Under the pieces are notes generated by a model that was not told the origin of the DNA, did not search any database, and was given only the letters and a program-made list of their open reading frames with translations. From assembly GCA_016209595.1 (NCBI GenBank), contig JACQVV010000510.1, forward strand, positions 852 to 64,851: a DNA stretch of 64,000 nt, in the 5' to 3' direction. The DNA is from Planctomycetota bacterium (GTDB lineage: Bacteria > Planctomycetota > JACQVV01). Every line of letters begins with the position of its first letter. The first letter of the stretch is position 1. The translations under genes and the position numbers were made by a program. This document shows positions 1-9,029 of this stretch, one piece after another.

Positions 1-1
1 G

Positions 2-814
2 CTCTCGGAGGAGCTCGCGCTCCACATCATCCTCCAGGTGGCCCGGGCGCTGACCTACCTCGCGAGCCAGAACATCACGCACCGGGACATCAAACCCGGG
101 AACATGCTGATCGACGCTTCGGGCCGGATCAAACTCTGCGACCTCGGCTTCGCCAAGACGAGCGTCCCCGAGGGCGGGCAGAAGGAAGAGGAGACGACCT
201 GCGGGACCGTGCAGTACATCAGCCCTGAGCAGGCCACCGGACGGAGCGACGTGGACATCCGGAGCGACATCTACTCGCTGGGCGCCACGCTCTACCACCT
301 GGTGGTCGGCGAGGTGCCGTTCTCGGGTTCCGACAGCATGGAGGTGATGGCGAAGCAGCTCCGCGAGGGGCTCTCGTGCCAGAAGGTGAAGACCCGGAAC
401 ATCTCGCGCCACCTGCACTACTTCCTCGAGAAGATGATGGCGAAGGAGCGCGAGATCCGCTACGAGAACCCGGGGGAGCTGATCGAGGACATCGAACGGA
501 CGGTCGAGGGGAACAAGTCGCTCCAGTTCAACCCGTACGGCGATACGGGTAGCCCCCACCTCGCGGAGCTCGCCGAGGTCTTCCGGGAGCTCGGGCTTCC
601 CACCGTCGAGGAGAGCCTCGCCGCCAGGCGCCCTCGCTCCGACACACGCCGGAACCCCCTCGCGCCGCCGGAGCGCCGCAGAGGCACGAGCCGGATCACG
701 AAGCCCGAGGGGCAGGGCCCCACGCGGCCGCGGAGCGAGCCGGGGAAAGCCCCCGTACGTCGTTCGAGCCGGCTCGACAAGTACCTGGGGCGCCGGCGGA
801 AGGATGGCGAGTAG
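2..814 (+). CDS. Ser/Thr protein kinase, C-terminal part (5' end outside window)
   Basis: The frame is open from the window edge. It carries the catalytic loop HRDIKPGNML, DLGFAK, GTVQYISPEQ and SDIYSLG, followed by an Arg/Pro-rich tail. Confidence 0.85.
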   Translation, partial: LSEELALHIILQVARALTYLASQNITHRDIKPGNMLIDASGRIKLCDLGFAKTSVPEGGQKEEETTCGTVQYISPEQATGRSDVDIRSDIYSLGATLYHLVVGEVPFSGSDSMEVMAKQLREGLSCQKVKTRNISRHLHYFLEKMMAKEREIRYENPGELIEDIERTVEGNKSLQFNPYGDTGSPHLAELAEVFRELGLPTVEESLAARRPRSDTRRNPLAPPERRRGTSRITKPEGQGPTRPRSEPGKAPVRRSSRLDKYLGRRRKDGE

Positions 815-884
815 CCCGTCCTTGGAAAGCTGCGGCAAGAGAGGCTCGCCACATCTCACCCCCCAAAGGAAAGAGATCTACAGG

Positions 885-1343
885 ATGAAGAAGGGAAACT
901 GGACGCAGCTCTCCCTTTGCGGGCTGGTCCTCGCCGCCGCGGGTTGCGGCGATGAGATCCTCCGCCGCGGAGAGGACCTGGAGGTCCCGCCCTCCCGGGA
1001 TGTGGCCGTGACAGTGAAGCCCGAGGGGCACGACCCCGCGAACGTCGAGGTCGAGGCCGCCACCTCGGCCGTGATCTGGTTCAATCACACCCAGGGCAAG
1101 AACATCACGATCCTCGTGAAGGGCGCCACCTTGCTCGCGGGCGTCGCCGCGAACCGGAACATGATGCAGCACGGCGCGGATGTCGTGACCGACCGGATGA
1201 TCCCGCCCGGCGGCCTGGCGAGCGCGAAGTTCGCCCAGCCCGGGCGGTTCGCGTACGAGATCCACGGCCTGGGCACGCCGGTCACGGGCACGATCACGGT
1301 CCGGCCGGGTCCGGTCACGGCCGGCGGGGAGAAACGGCCATGA
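885..1343 (+). CDS. Cupredoxin-like lipoprotein
   Basis: MKKGNW..LVLAAAGC signal peptide with lipobox. The beta-sandwich pattern VIWFNHT..ITILV..PGRFAYEIHG..TGTITV resembles small blue-copper folds, but I see no ligand Cys. ATGA overlap with the next gene. The start is chosen at the internal Met of ORF 804..1343. Confidence 0.5.
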   Translation: MKKGNWTQLSLCGLVLAAAGCGDEILRRGEDLEVPPSRDVAVTVKPEGHDPANVEVEAATSAVIWFNHTQGKNITILVKGATLLAGVAANRNMMQHGADVVTDRMIPPGGLASAKFAQPGRFAYEIHGLGTPVTGTITVRPGPVTAGGEKRP

Positions 1344-2650
1344 AACAGACCATGTGCCTCCTATGGCTCGCCGCGCTCGCCGCCGGCTGCGGGCCGGACG
1401 TCGAGGTCGCCGAGGACCTCAAGACATCTCCCCCCGAGCGGGTGGCAGTCCTTCTCTTCGAGGCGCCGGACCTCGAGGACCGAGACTCGACCGAGATGCG
1501 CTTCGTCCGGAGGATCTTCTACAGCCATTGGGCAAACCTCCCATTCCGGGACATGCCCCTCAACCTCGTGGACATGCTGCTCGCCAAGAACGGCCTCGAC
1601 GACGTGGACAAGGTCCGGGGTGCTGACCCCGAGAAGCTCGGGGAGCTCCTCCAGGTCGACGCCGTCGTCCAGGGCGAGGTGACCTCGATCTCCAACATCG
1701 CTCCCCTGGTCGCCTACCGCCGCGCCATGGGGGGCGAGTTCCGGCTCGTGGACTGCCGGCCCGGGAAGGGCGGCACGGTCCTCTGGCGGTCCGATCACGA
1801 GGAGAGCGAATGGGGCGGTCCGCTCCTGGAGAGCGGCCAGGTCATCACAGGGATCCGGCGCCAGATCGAGAACTCCTCCGCCGTCGCGTTCTATCGCATT
1901 TGCGACCGTTTCTGCCGCAGGATCGTCGAGACCATGCCTCCCGAGGTCGGCCAGGCCGTGAAACCGCAACAGCACGTGCCCCAGATCGGCGAGGTCGAGG
2001 TCCGACTCCCCCGGCAGGGGCCGCTCGCGGCCGGGGACAGGATCGAGGTCGCCCTCGCGGGCGAGCCCCAGCACGTCGCCTCGTTCGACATCGGCATCTA
2101 CCGGAACGGAATCCCCATGACGGAGGTCTCTCCGGGGAAGTACTCCGGCACCTACACCGTTCAGGTCGGCGACGCGGTCGAGGGCGCCCAGATCCGGGCC
2201 CAGCTCTCGACGGTCTTCGGCGAGACGGCGGTCGCCCAGGCCCAGGGGTCCCCGGTCGCGATCCGGGCGCGCCCCCCCCTTCCGCCGGCGGGACTCGAGG
2301 TGCGCGCGGAGGGAGCGGGAGTTCTCCTCACGTGGAAGCCGGGTTCGGCACGCGCGGAGGCCCCGGAAGCCGGCGAAAATGCCAAGGAGCAGATCGCGCT
2401 CGCCGGGGCCAGCGCCCCGCCGCCGCCCGCGGCCGGCTACCTCGTCTACAGGGCCGTGGCGACGCCGCTCCTCTTCGAGGAGATCGGCGAAACGCGGGGC
2501 CCCACGGAATTCCGCGACGAGAGCCCGGGAAAGGGCCCCGTCTTCTACCTCGTCCTGGCCGTCGATCAGGCGGGGAACCGGAGCTACCCGACGCCGTTCG
2601 TGGAGCTCGGGGCCCCGAAAGCGCCCGCGGAGGAAGGAGAACCGAAATGA
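1340..2650 (+). CDS. Lipoprotein, DUF799/LpoB-like N-domain plus beta-sandwich and Fn3-like C-terminus
   Basis: MKQTMCLLWLAALAAGC lipobox. VAVLLFEAPD...VDAVVQGEVTS...FRLVD..GTVLW is the pattern typical of the GNA1162/LpoB-type fold. It is a paralog of the next gene. Confidence 0.6.
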   Translation: MKQTMCLLWLAALAAGCGPDVEVAEDLKTSPPERVAVLLFEAPDLEDRDSTEMRFVRRIFYSHWANLPFRDMPLNLVDMLLAKNGLDDVDKVRGADPEKLGELLQVDAVVQGEVTSISNIAPLVAYRRAMGGEFRLVDCRPGKGGTVLWRSDHEESEWGGPLLESGQVITGIRRQIENSSAVAFYRICDRFCRRIVETMPPEVGQAVKPQQHVPQIGEVEVRLPRQGPLAAGDRIEVALAGEPQHVASFDIGIYRNGIPMTEVSPGKYSGTYTVQVGDAVEGAQIRAQLSTVFGETAVAQAQGSPVAIRARPPLPPAGLEVRAEGAGVLLTWKPGSARAEAPEAGENAKEQIALAGASAPPPPAAGYLVYRAVATPLLFEEIGETRGPTEFRDESPGKGPVFYLVLAVDQAGNRSYPTPFVELGAPKAPAEEGEPK

Positions 2651-3630
2651 GACCCTCTCTCGCCATCGTCCTTCTCGCCGCAGCGTTCCTCGCCGGTGGC
2701 TGCGCCGACGACACCTATCAGCTCAACTACGATCCTCGGGCGCCGCTCCGCGTCGCCGTGCTTCCTTTCACCGAGACGCAGGCCGGCGACACGTTCACGA
2801 GCGTCCCGTTCGCCGCCGTCGTGGACGTCCTGCCCATCATCGGCAGGAGCGACGACCGCGGGCCAGCGACGATCCTCCGGTGGCGCTTCCTCGCCCGCGC
2901 GCGCGACACCCAGATGGAGATCGTCGATCCCTCCTACGTCGACTCCATTCTCCTCGAGCGCGGCATCTACGAGAACGCCGCTTTCCTGAAGGTAGACCCC
3001 AAGGACCTCGGGAAGACCCTGGGCGCCGACGCCGTCCTCTACGGCGAGGTGACGAAGTGGGACCGGACCTACGCCGTGGTCGAATCGGTCACCACAGTCG
3101 GACTCAAGATCGCGATGCACGAGAGCCAGACCGGGACGCTCCTCTGGGAGGCCCAGTGCGAGGCGACGGACGCGGCCGGACTCACGGGCGGCCCGACCGG
3201 CTACACCTCGGCGGCCCTGGAGCCGGTCCGCGGCCTGTCCGGAGAGACGCTCTACAAGCTCGCGGACGAGGTCTGCCGCAAGATCGTCGAGCCGCACCTC
3301 TTCGGCGGCGAGGATGTCGAACACTCGACGCCCCCGTTCATCGCGGCGAGCGCCCACAGCGCCAAGGGACCCGACTCGATGCGGGCCGGTTCCGAGTTCC
3401 ACGTCGTCGCGATCGGGAGCCCCGACTGCAAGGCGAGCTTTTCGATCGGCCCGTTCCGCGAGTCGGTCCCCATGACCGAGTTCGGCGACGGGACATACGT
3501 CGGGACCTACGTCGTCCAGCCGGGAGACCGGTTCGACGCGAACGAGATCAAGATCGAGCTCGTCGGCCCGGACGGCGGCGTCACGGTCCAGAGGCTCAAA
3601 GGGGCGAAGATCGAATTCGCCCCGGAGTAA
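2647..3630 (+). CDS. Lipoprotein, DUF799/LpoB-like (paralog of 1340..2650)
   Basis: ATG at 2647 overlaps the previous stop (ATGA). MRPSLAIVLLAAAFLAGGC lipobox; VAVLPFTE...ADAVLYGEVTKWD...IAMHESQTGTLLWEA. The C-terminal domain GDGTYVGTYVVQPGD matches PGKYSGTYTVQVGD of the upstream paralog. Confidence 0.7.
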   Translation: MRPSLAIVLLAAAFLAGGCADDTYQLNYDPRAPLRVAVLPFTETQAGDTFTSVPFAAVVDVLPIIGRSDDRGPATILRWRFLARARDTQMEIVDPSYVDSILLERGIYENAAFLKVDPKDLGKTLGADAVLYGEVTKWDRTYAVVESVTTVGLKIAMHESQTGTLLWEAQCEATDAAGLTGGPTGYTSAALEPVRGLSGETLYKLADEVCRKIVEPHLFGGEDVEHSTPPFIAASAHSAKGPDSMRAGSEFHVVAIGSPDCKASFSIGPFRESVPMTEFGDGTYVGTYVVQPGDRFDANEIKIELVGPDGGVTVQRLKGAKIEFAPE

Positions 3631-4932
3631 CTACCGGTACTTCTCCCGGCAGAACTCGAGCCACGCGCGGTCGAGATCGTCGCCCGAGAGGCCGAGGAGC
3701 TCCCTAGAGAGCTCGCCGGTCTTCTTCCCCTCGCGCCAGCCGGCGACGAAAGAAGCGAAGGAACCGGCCCGCTCCCCGGCCCGAAGGAACTCCAAGAACG
3801 TCATCGCCTGGAGATAGAGGGGACCGGGGCGGAGCCGCTCCGCTTCGAAGAGCCTGGCGAGGGGGACGTGGTTCTTCTCCTCGAGCATCTTCTGGATTTG
3901 CTCGTCGAGGTCGGGCTGGGGGCGCTTTGCGTTCTGCATGAGCGTCGCGGCGCCCTCCTGGAGCCAGTTCCCGTTCGAGGGGAGCCGGAGGTGGTAGCCC
4001 AGGAGGCAGTGGGTCATCTCGTGCAGGAAGACGGGGCGCCCGAGGGGCTGTCCGGGGTCATGGGAGGAAGCGGCGAGGTAGCCGACGCTCATCCCGTCGG
4101 CTTCCGGCGGCGCGAGCTCCGCGGAGTAGAGGCGCCGCACGAGGCCGGGGAAGAGCGACCGGTAGTCCGATTCCTCCCGATAGAGGAAGAGGTCGAAAGG
4201 GGCCACGGGAGGCGGCTCCTCGACGGCGAAGATCCGGCGAAAGTCTCCGTAGAGCGACTCCATCTCGTCCAGAAAGAGCCCGGCATCGACCTCCCGCGCG
4301 TCGGTGAAGAGACGGAACGGTCCCTTCCGGTGGACTCGCCGGACGTACGCTCGGTCGGGGAAGGCGTATCCGAGGCCTTCCTCGTCCGGGAGGACGTGGC
4401 TCGCCTCTCCCGCGGAGCCGGGAACGAGGACCATGTCGTCGAGATCGATCGGGCCGGGCGCTCGCGCGGCGAGAGCGAGCGACTCCATCTCCGTCCAGCG
4501 CGGGCTTCCCGCTTGGCGGAACCGCCAGAGCGGGAGCTCGACCTCGGTCCACTCGCCGGCTGGAACCGAGACCTTGCGCCACCAGGCGTGGCGGCCTCCT
4601 CGCTCCCGCACGCGAACCTCGAGAGTCCGTTCCACGAGTGCGGTCGGGGCTGCGTGCGGGCGGACGGAAAACCGGAGCGCCGCGAAGCTCCTCCAGTCCT
4701 CGGGGATCGCCGTCCGGATCGCGCTCGACCCGGGGCCGGGATTCCAGCGCCCGCCCGACTCGCCGGTCCGCGCGGCCTCGCCCAGCCGCTCGATCGGGTC
4801 GGCCGCCTTCGACCATCGGTCCGCCGGGGCGGTCTCGAAGTCCTCCAGCACGACCCGCTCCTGGGCGGCAGAGGGCTGCGCCGCCGGGAGCACGAGGATC
4901 GCGAGCGAGAGCAGCGGGCGGGTGATCGACAT
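3631..4932 (-). CDS. Secreted HExxH metalloprotease-like protein (DUF1570-like)
   Basis: Signal peptide MSITRPLLSLAILVLPAAQPSAAQ and zinc motif FLHEMTHCLL. The start could also be 4944. Its stop codon abuts the convergent stop at 3630. Confidence 0.65.
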   Translation of the reverse strand: MSITRPLLSLAILVLPAAQPSAAQERVVLEDFETAPADRWSKAADPIERLGEAARTGESGGRWNPGPGSSAIRTAIPEDWRSFAALRFSVRPHAAPTALVERTLEVRVRERGGRHAWWRKVSVPAGEWTEVELPLWRFRQAGSPRWTEMESLALAARAPGPIDLDDMVLVPGSAGEASHVLPDEEGLGYAFPDRAYVRRVHRKGPFRLFTDAREVDAGLFLDEMESLYGDFRRIFAVEEPPPVAPFDLFLYREESDYRSLFPGLVRRLYSAELAPPEADGMSVGYLAASSHDPGQPLGRPVFLHEMTHCLLGYHLRLPSNGNWLQEGAATLMQNAKRPQPDLDEQIQKMLEEKNHVPLARLFEAERLRPGPLYLQAMTFLEFLRAGERAGSFASFVAGWREGKKTGELSRELLGLSGDDLDRAWLEFCREKYR

Positions 4933-5031
4933 CGAATCCTCCACGAACGCGCAATGTCGAACGTCGAAGTTCGACGTTCAATGAGGCAGTAAACCACGGC
5001 GCTCGCCCGGGCTGGGGCAGCACCCCGCAAG

Positions 5032-5250
5032 TTATAGCTGGTTCGGCGCCACCTCGGAGAGCTCTTGGAGCGCGCCCCGCAGGCTCTCGCGGACCTCCCG
5101 GAGCGTCCGCTCCTGGACATTGATACCTGGAACCTCGAGGACGTGGCCGACCTTCCAGCGACCCCGTCGCTCGATTTCGACGCGGGGACGTGCGTCGCCA
5201 AGGGCACGCTCGACGCGCCCGAGTCGCCGCTGGTCCGCAGGATGGAGGCG
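5032..5250 (-). pseudogene. HicB-like antitoxin domain remnant without canonical start
   Basis: VEIERRGRWKVGHVLEVPGINVQERTLREVRESLRGALQEL resembles the HicB N-domain (xPxxPGxxxxGxTxxEA). There is no ATG/GTG/TTG in frame downstream of the PilZ stop at 5273, and no HicA partner is seen. Confidence 0.3.
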
Positions 5251-5272
5251 AGTAGGTCTCTCGCCGGTCGAT

Positions 5273-5656
5273 CTACATCCGCAGCCGCTGGAGCTCCCGC
5301 CGGATCCCCTCGTCGCGGAGCGAAGCGAGCATCCGCTCCGCCTTTCTGGAAGGTGCAAGGAACTCGACGCCGACCTGGTGGGCATGGACGTCGGCGCTCA
5401 TTCGGCACCACGCGACCCGAGCCGCGAGCTCGATCGGCCGCGAGAACTGGGGGACGGCGAGCGAGATCCGCAAGCGCTCGCCCACGGCGAACGGTGTTTT
5501 GGACGCGAACTGCAGGCCCCCGCGCGAGAGATCGACGAGGGGGTGGGGGGCGCGCCCCTCGCCGGAGAGGTAGCGGTCGAGGCCCGCCGGGTCCACAAGC
5601 CGGACGGAGCAGCCGCGGAACTTCAGCCGCCTGTCCCGGCGCTTGTCTTGCGACAT
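5273..5656 (-). CDS. PilZ domain protein (c-di-GMP receptor family)
   Basis: RRDRR (RxxxR) near the N-terminus and DLSRGGLQF (D/NxSxxG) about 30 residues later. Confidence 0.8.
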   Translation of the reverse strand: MSQDKRRDRRLKFRGCSVRLVDPAGLDRYLSGEGRAPHPLVDLSRGGLQFASKTPFAVGERLRISLAVPQFSRPIELAARVAWCRMSADVHAHQVGVEFLAPSRKAERMLASLRDEGIRRELQRLRM

Positions 5657-5674
5657 GCCGGTCCTTCTCCTTCC

Positions 5675-6703
5675 TCAAGCGAAGATCAAGAAGAGCATGT
5701 ACGACATCACGGCGATGTTGTGGAGCGCGTGGAGCGCGATCGGGGCGGCGAGCGACCCGGACCGCTCGTAGGCGTAGGCGAGCACGAGCCCCAGGATGTA
5801 GATGGAGGGCCAGGTCGAGATGGGCCAGTGGACAAGCGAGAAGAGGAAAGCGGAGACCGCCATCGCCGGGAGCGGCCGGAGCCGCCGCCGGAGCGAGGAG
5901 TACAGGACCCCGCGAAAGAAGAACTCCTCGACCACGGGTGCCACGAAGCAGGCGGTGAGCGTTGCGCAGATGAGGAAGCTCCAGTAGCCGCCCTCGTCCC
6001 TGTCCCGCATTCGGTTGAGGATCTCCTGCGCCTCGACCTCCTTGCCGAACAGGAAGTGGATCGTTTCCACCGAGAAGCTCGACAGGAAAAAGATCGGGAC
6101 GAAGAGGATCCAGGCAAGGAACGCTCCGAGGAGGATCCTCCCCCATCGGTCGGGAAGGAGCCCCATCGCCCGCGGGCCGCTCCTGCGGAGCGCGAGGAGG
6201 ACGAGCGGGAGGAGGACCCACACCGCCACCTGCCACAGGTTCTGGGCGACCTGGTAGAGCGCGATCCGTGCGAGCTCCGGGACACGGAACCGCTCGAGCA
6301 AGGAGTGGACGAGGCCTGCGAGCGCGACGAGCAGGAGAAAACTCGCCGAAACGATCAAGACGATATCCAGGAACCGGAACGGGGAGGCAGGCTCGCGGAC
6401 GCGGACGAAGACTCGCCGCCCGACCGGGCCCAGAAGGTAGACGGCCGGAATCGAAACCACGATGAGGAAGGCGAGCGCCTTGACCCGATCGTGGGTGGTC
6501 AAGGGGGGATCTTCCCCGAGCTTGGGCGCCGGTTCGCTGCTTCTCGTCTCGTGCCAGGCCATCAGCGTGACGCAGGCGAAGAAGAAGGCGAGGATGCCTG
6601 CGACGAGAACGATGTCCCGGCGGCGTGTGCCCGCCGGAGGCGCTAGCGCCGGAATGGGTCCCATCAACGCGGAGAGCGGAACGACGAAGGCGGAAAAGGG
6701 CAC
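5675..6703 (-). CDS. CPBP family intramembrane glutamic endopeptidase (CAAX protease-like)
   Basis: Multiple TM helices; motifs EEFFFRG, FSLVHW and ALHALHN. Confidence 0.85.
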   Translation of the reverse strand: MPFSAFVVPLSALMGPIPALAPPAGTRRRDIVLVAGILAFFFACVTLMAWHETRSSEPAPKLGEDPPLTTHDRVKALAFLIVVSIPAVYLLGPVGRRVFVRVREPASPFRFLDIVLIVSASFLLLVALAGLVHSLLERFRVPELARIALYQVAQNLWQVAVWVLLPLVLLALRRSGPRAMGLLPDRWGRILLGAFLAWILFVPIFFLSSFSVETIHFLFGKEVEAQEILNRMRDRDEGGYWSFLICATLTACFVAPVVEEFFFRGVLYSSLRRRLRPLPAMAVSAFLFSLVHWPISTWPSIYILGLVLAYAYERSGSLAAPIALHALHNIAVMSYMLFLIFA

Positions 6704-6738
6704 TCGCGAGCAAGCCCGGTCCTACCGCTGTTTTTCAT

Positions 6739-6759
6739 TCCGCAATCCGCAATCCGCAA
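6739..6759. repeat. Perfect tandem heptamer (tccgcaa)x3 in a 62-bp intergenic spacer
   Basis: Read directly: ttccgcaatccgcaatccgcaatc. Its reverse complement with flank (ggaatgaaaaacagcgg) resembles one arm of the element at 33781..33914 (ggaactgaaaacagcagg). Confidence 0.8.
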
Positions 6760-6765
6760 TCAGAG

Positions 6766-7800
6766 TCATTTCCGGGGCTTGCCGAAGACGAGGCGACCCT
6801 GTGGCTTCTGGATCACGCTCGTCACCTCCACCTCCAGCTCCTCGCCGATCCGCTCGCGGGAGTTCTCGACGATCACCATCGTCCCGTCGTCGAGGTAGCC
6901 GCACGCCTGCCCGGGGTTTTCCCCCTCCCGGAGGAGCTCGACCCGGATCTCCTCGCCGGGGAGGACGGCCGTCTTCAGGGCGCACGCCACCTCGTTCATG
7001 TTGACGACCCGTACGCCGACGAGCTCGGCCATCGCCTTGAGGCGGTGGTCGGAGGTGATGACCTGGGCCCCCCGCCGGCGGGCGAGCTCGACGACCTTCT
7101 GCTCGATGGTCTCGACGGCCGAAACGTCCTCTTCGGCGATCGTGAGCTGGACGGCGCCGTTCGCCTGGATCTTCTGCAACATCTCCAGTCCGCGCCGTCC
7201 CCGCGCTCGGACGGGCTTCGCGGAGCTCTCCGCGGCCTTCTGCATCTCCACGACCACGAAGCGAGGGACGACGATCGGTCCCTCGATGAGCTTCGAGTGG
7301 AGGAGCTCGACGACCCGGCCGTCCATGAGGGCCGAGGCGTCGAGGATCCTCGGCACTCGGAGGCGATCCTGCTGGGTCAGCCGCACGAACGGGACGAGGA
7401 GCATGAACTCGTCCTTGGCCTTGAGGAAGAGCGAAACCGTGAGGTAGCAGAGCAGCGTGGTGAGTGCCGCGCGCACGGCAGAGGCGATCTTGGCGTCGAT
7501 CTCGGTGAACTGGGGGAGAAGCGCGAGGCCCTGGAGGAAGAAGTTGGCCGATACGAATCCCACCAGGAGCCCGAAAACGATCGCGAAGACCGCCGGGTAG
7601 AACCCCTTGGCAGCCCGCGCTTCGACGACGATCGTCGCGAGCGAGAGCGCGAGGCCGATCGCCAGCCCGGCGAGGTTCCGCAGGGCGAACCAGTCCGCGG
7701 GGCGGTTAATCGTCCACGCGAGCGACCAGCCGAGGCTCGCCGCGGCGATCACGAAGAAACCCCGCAGGACGTTGAGCGGGGCATTCGATTCGTGGCGCAC
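6766..7800 (-). CDS. PIN and TRAM domain membrane protein (YacL-like)
   Basis: N-terminal TM helices, a PIN-like ILDASALMDGR...VITSDHRL segment and a C-terminal TRAM-like GEEIRVELLREGENPGQACGYLDDGTMVIVE segment. GTG start overlaps the dGTPase stop by 1 nt. Confidence 0.8.
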   Translation of the reverse strand: MRHESNAPLNVLRGFFVIAAASLGWSLAWTINRPADWFALRNLAGLAIGLALSLATIVVEARAAKGFYPAVFAIVFGLLVGFVSANFFLQGLALLPQFTEIDAKIASAVRAALTTLLCYLTVSLFLKAKDEFMLLVPFVRLTQQDRLRVPRILDASALMDGRVVELLHSKLIEGPIVVPRFVVVEMQKAAESSAKPVRARGRRGLEMLQKIQANGAVQLTIAEEDVSAVETIEQKVVELARRRGAQVITSDHRLKAMAELVGVRVVNMNEVACALKTAVLPGEEIRVELLREGENPGQACGYLDDGTMVIVENSRERIGEELEVEVTSVIQKPQGRLVFGKPRK

Positions 7801-8951
7801 TACACGATCTCGAACGGGTGGAAGAGTCTCTGGTACTCCTGCTGCGCGTACCGGTCGGTCATGCCGGCGATGTAGTCGCAGACGGCGCGCTCCGTGCCGA
7901 CCTCGCGTGCCCAGGCCTGGAACTTCGATGGGAGCTGGCGGGGGTAGGCGATGAACTCGTTGAAGAGCTGGTGCACGAAGCGCTTGGCCTTCGCCTCCAT
8001 CCTCGCAACCCGGTAGTGCTTGTAGACCCGGTCCATGAGGAAGGACTGGAGCTCGCGCCGCATCCCGTCGAGTCGCTCCGAGAAGCCCGACGCGCCGGCG
8101 CCGCGCTGGCGGACGTCCTCCAGGGTGCGAATCCCACGCTCCTCGACCCGCGCGAGCGTCGTCCGGACGAGGTCGGTGACCTCGGCGTCAATGAGCCATC
8201 GGATTGCCTGCATCCGCTTCATTTCGCCGGAGGCGCCCGGGTGGACCGCGCGGACGGCCTCGATGGCCTTCCTCCAGAGTTCGAACTGGTCGAGGTCGCC
8301 CTCGGTGATCGACCCCGCCCGGAGGCCGTCGTCGATGTCGTGGTTGTCGTAGGCGATCGGGTCCGCCGCGTTCACCACCTGCGCCTCGATCAAGGGCTGG
8401 AGCTCCGGCTCGAACTCCGCGGCCGAGGGCTTGTCGTACTCGGTCTCGTGCTTCACGATCGACTCGCGGACCTCCCAGGTCAGGTTGAGGCCCGCGAAGT
8501 CCGGATACCGCCGCTCCAAGACGTCCACCACGCGCAGGCTCTGGGCGTTGTGCTCGAACCCTCCGTGGTCCGCCATGAGCTCCGAAAGGGCCTCTTCGCC
8601 CGAGTGGCCGAACGGCCCGTGGCCGAGGTCGTGGGCGAGCGCGAGGGTCTCGACCAGGTCCTCATTCAGGCGGAGCGCCCGTGCGATCGAGCGGGCGATC
8701 TGGGAGACCTCGATCGTGTGCGTCAAGCGCGTCCGGTAGTGGTCCCCCTCGTGGTTCACGAACACCTGGGTCTTGTACTCCAGCCGCCGGAACGCGGTCG
8801 AGTGGATGATCCGGTCGCGGTCGCGCTGGAAGACGGTCCGGTAGGCGTGTTCCGGTTCGGAATGCCGGCGGCCGCGGCTTGCTCCGCTCTTCATCGCGTA
8901 GCCCGCGAGCTCCCTGTCTTCCCTTTCCTCAGAGTTTTCGCGGGTGAGCAA
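7800..8951 (-). CDS. dgt: dGTP triphosphohydrolase-like HD-domain protein
   Basis: FQRDRDRIIHS, RLEYKTQVF, RLTHTIEVSQIARSIA and AHDLGHGPFGH. Confidence 0.9.
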   Translation of the reverse strand: MLTRENSEEREDRELAGYAMKSGASRGRRHSEPEHAYRTVFQRDRDRIIHSTAFRRLEYKTQVFVNHEGDHYRTRLTHTIEVSQIARSIARALRLNEDLVETLALAHDLGHGPFGHSGEEALSELMADHGGFEHNAQSLRVVDVLERRYPDFAGLNLTWEVRESIVKHETEYDKPSAAEFEPELQPLIEAQVVNAADPIAYDNHDIDDGLRAGSITEGDLDQFELWRKAIEAVRAVHPGASGEMKRMQAIRWLIDAEVTDLVRTTLARVEERGIRTLEDVRQRGAGASGFSERLDGMRRELQSFLMDRVYKHYRVARMEAKAKRFVHQLFNEFIAYPRQLPSKFQAWAREVGTERAVCDYIAGMTDRYAQQEYQRLFHPFEIV

Positions 8952-9029
8952 AGGCCGGATCCCTCGAATGGAACGCTTCCCTGAAAACTAGCACACGGTT
9001 CCGGGGGTTGCAAACCGGAGGGAGCCCGT

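Noticed and set aside
804-884. Upstream extension of the cupredoxin-like ORF (MASSPSLESCGKRGSPHLTPQRKEIYR).
   Set aside because: It overlaps the kinase 3' end and lacks signal-peptide character. The internal Met at 885 is immediately followed by a canonical lipoprotein signal.
4089-6713. 874-aa ORF on the minus strand, plus similar very long ORFs elsewhere: 11489..14338 (+), 15567..18623 (-), 35120..38191 (-), 45531..49013 (+), 57503..60436 (+), 54221..56836 (+), 18257..20941 upstream part and 40070..41884 (+).
   Set aside because: Their translations are dominated by Arg/Pro/Gly/Ala runs with no recognisable motifs. They run antisense to, or out of frame with, genes that have clear family signatures. 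This is the expected shadow-ORF artefact of stop-poor ~70% GC DNA.
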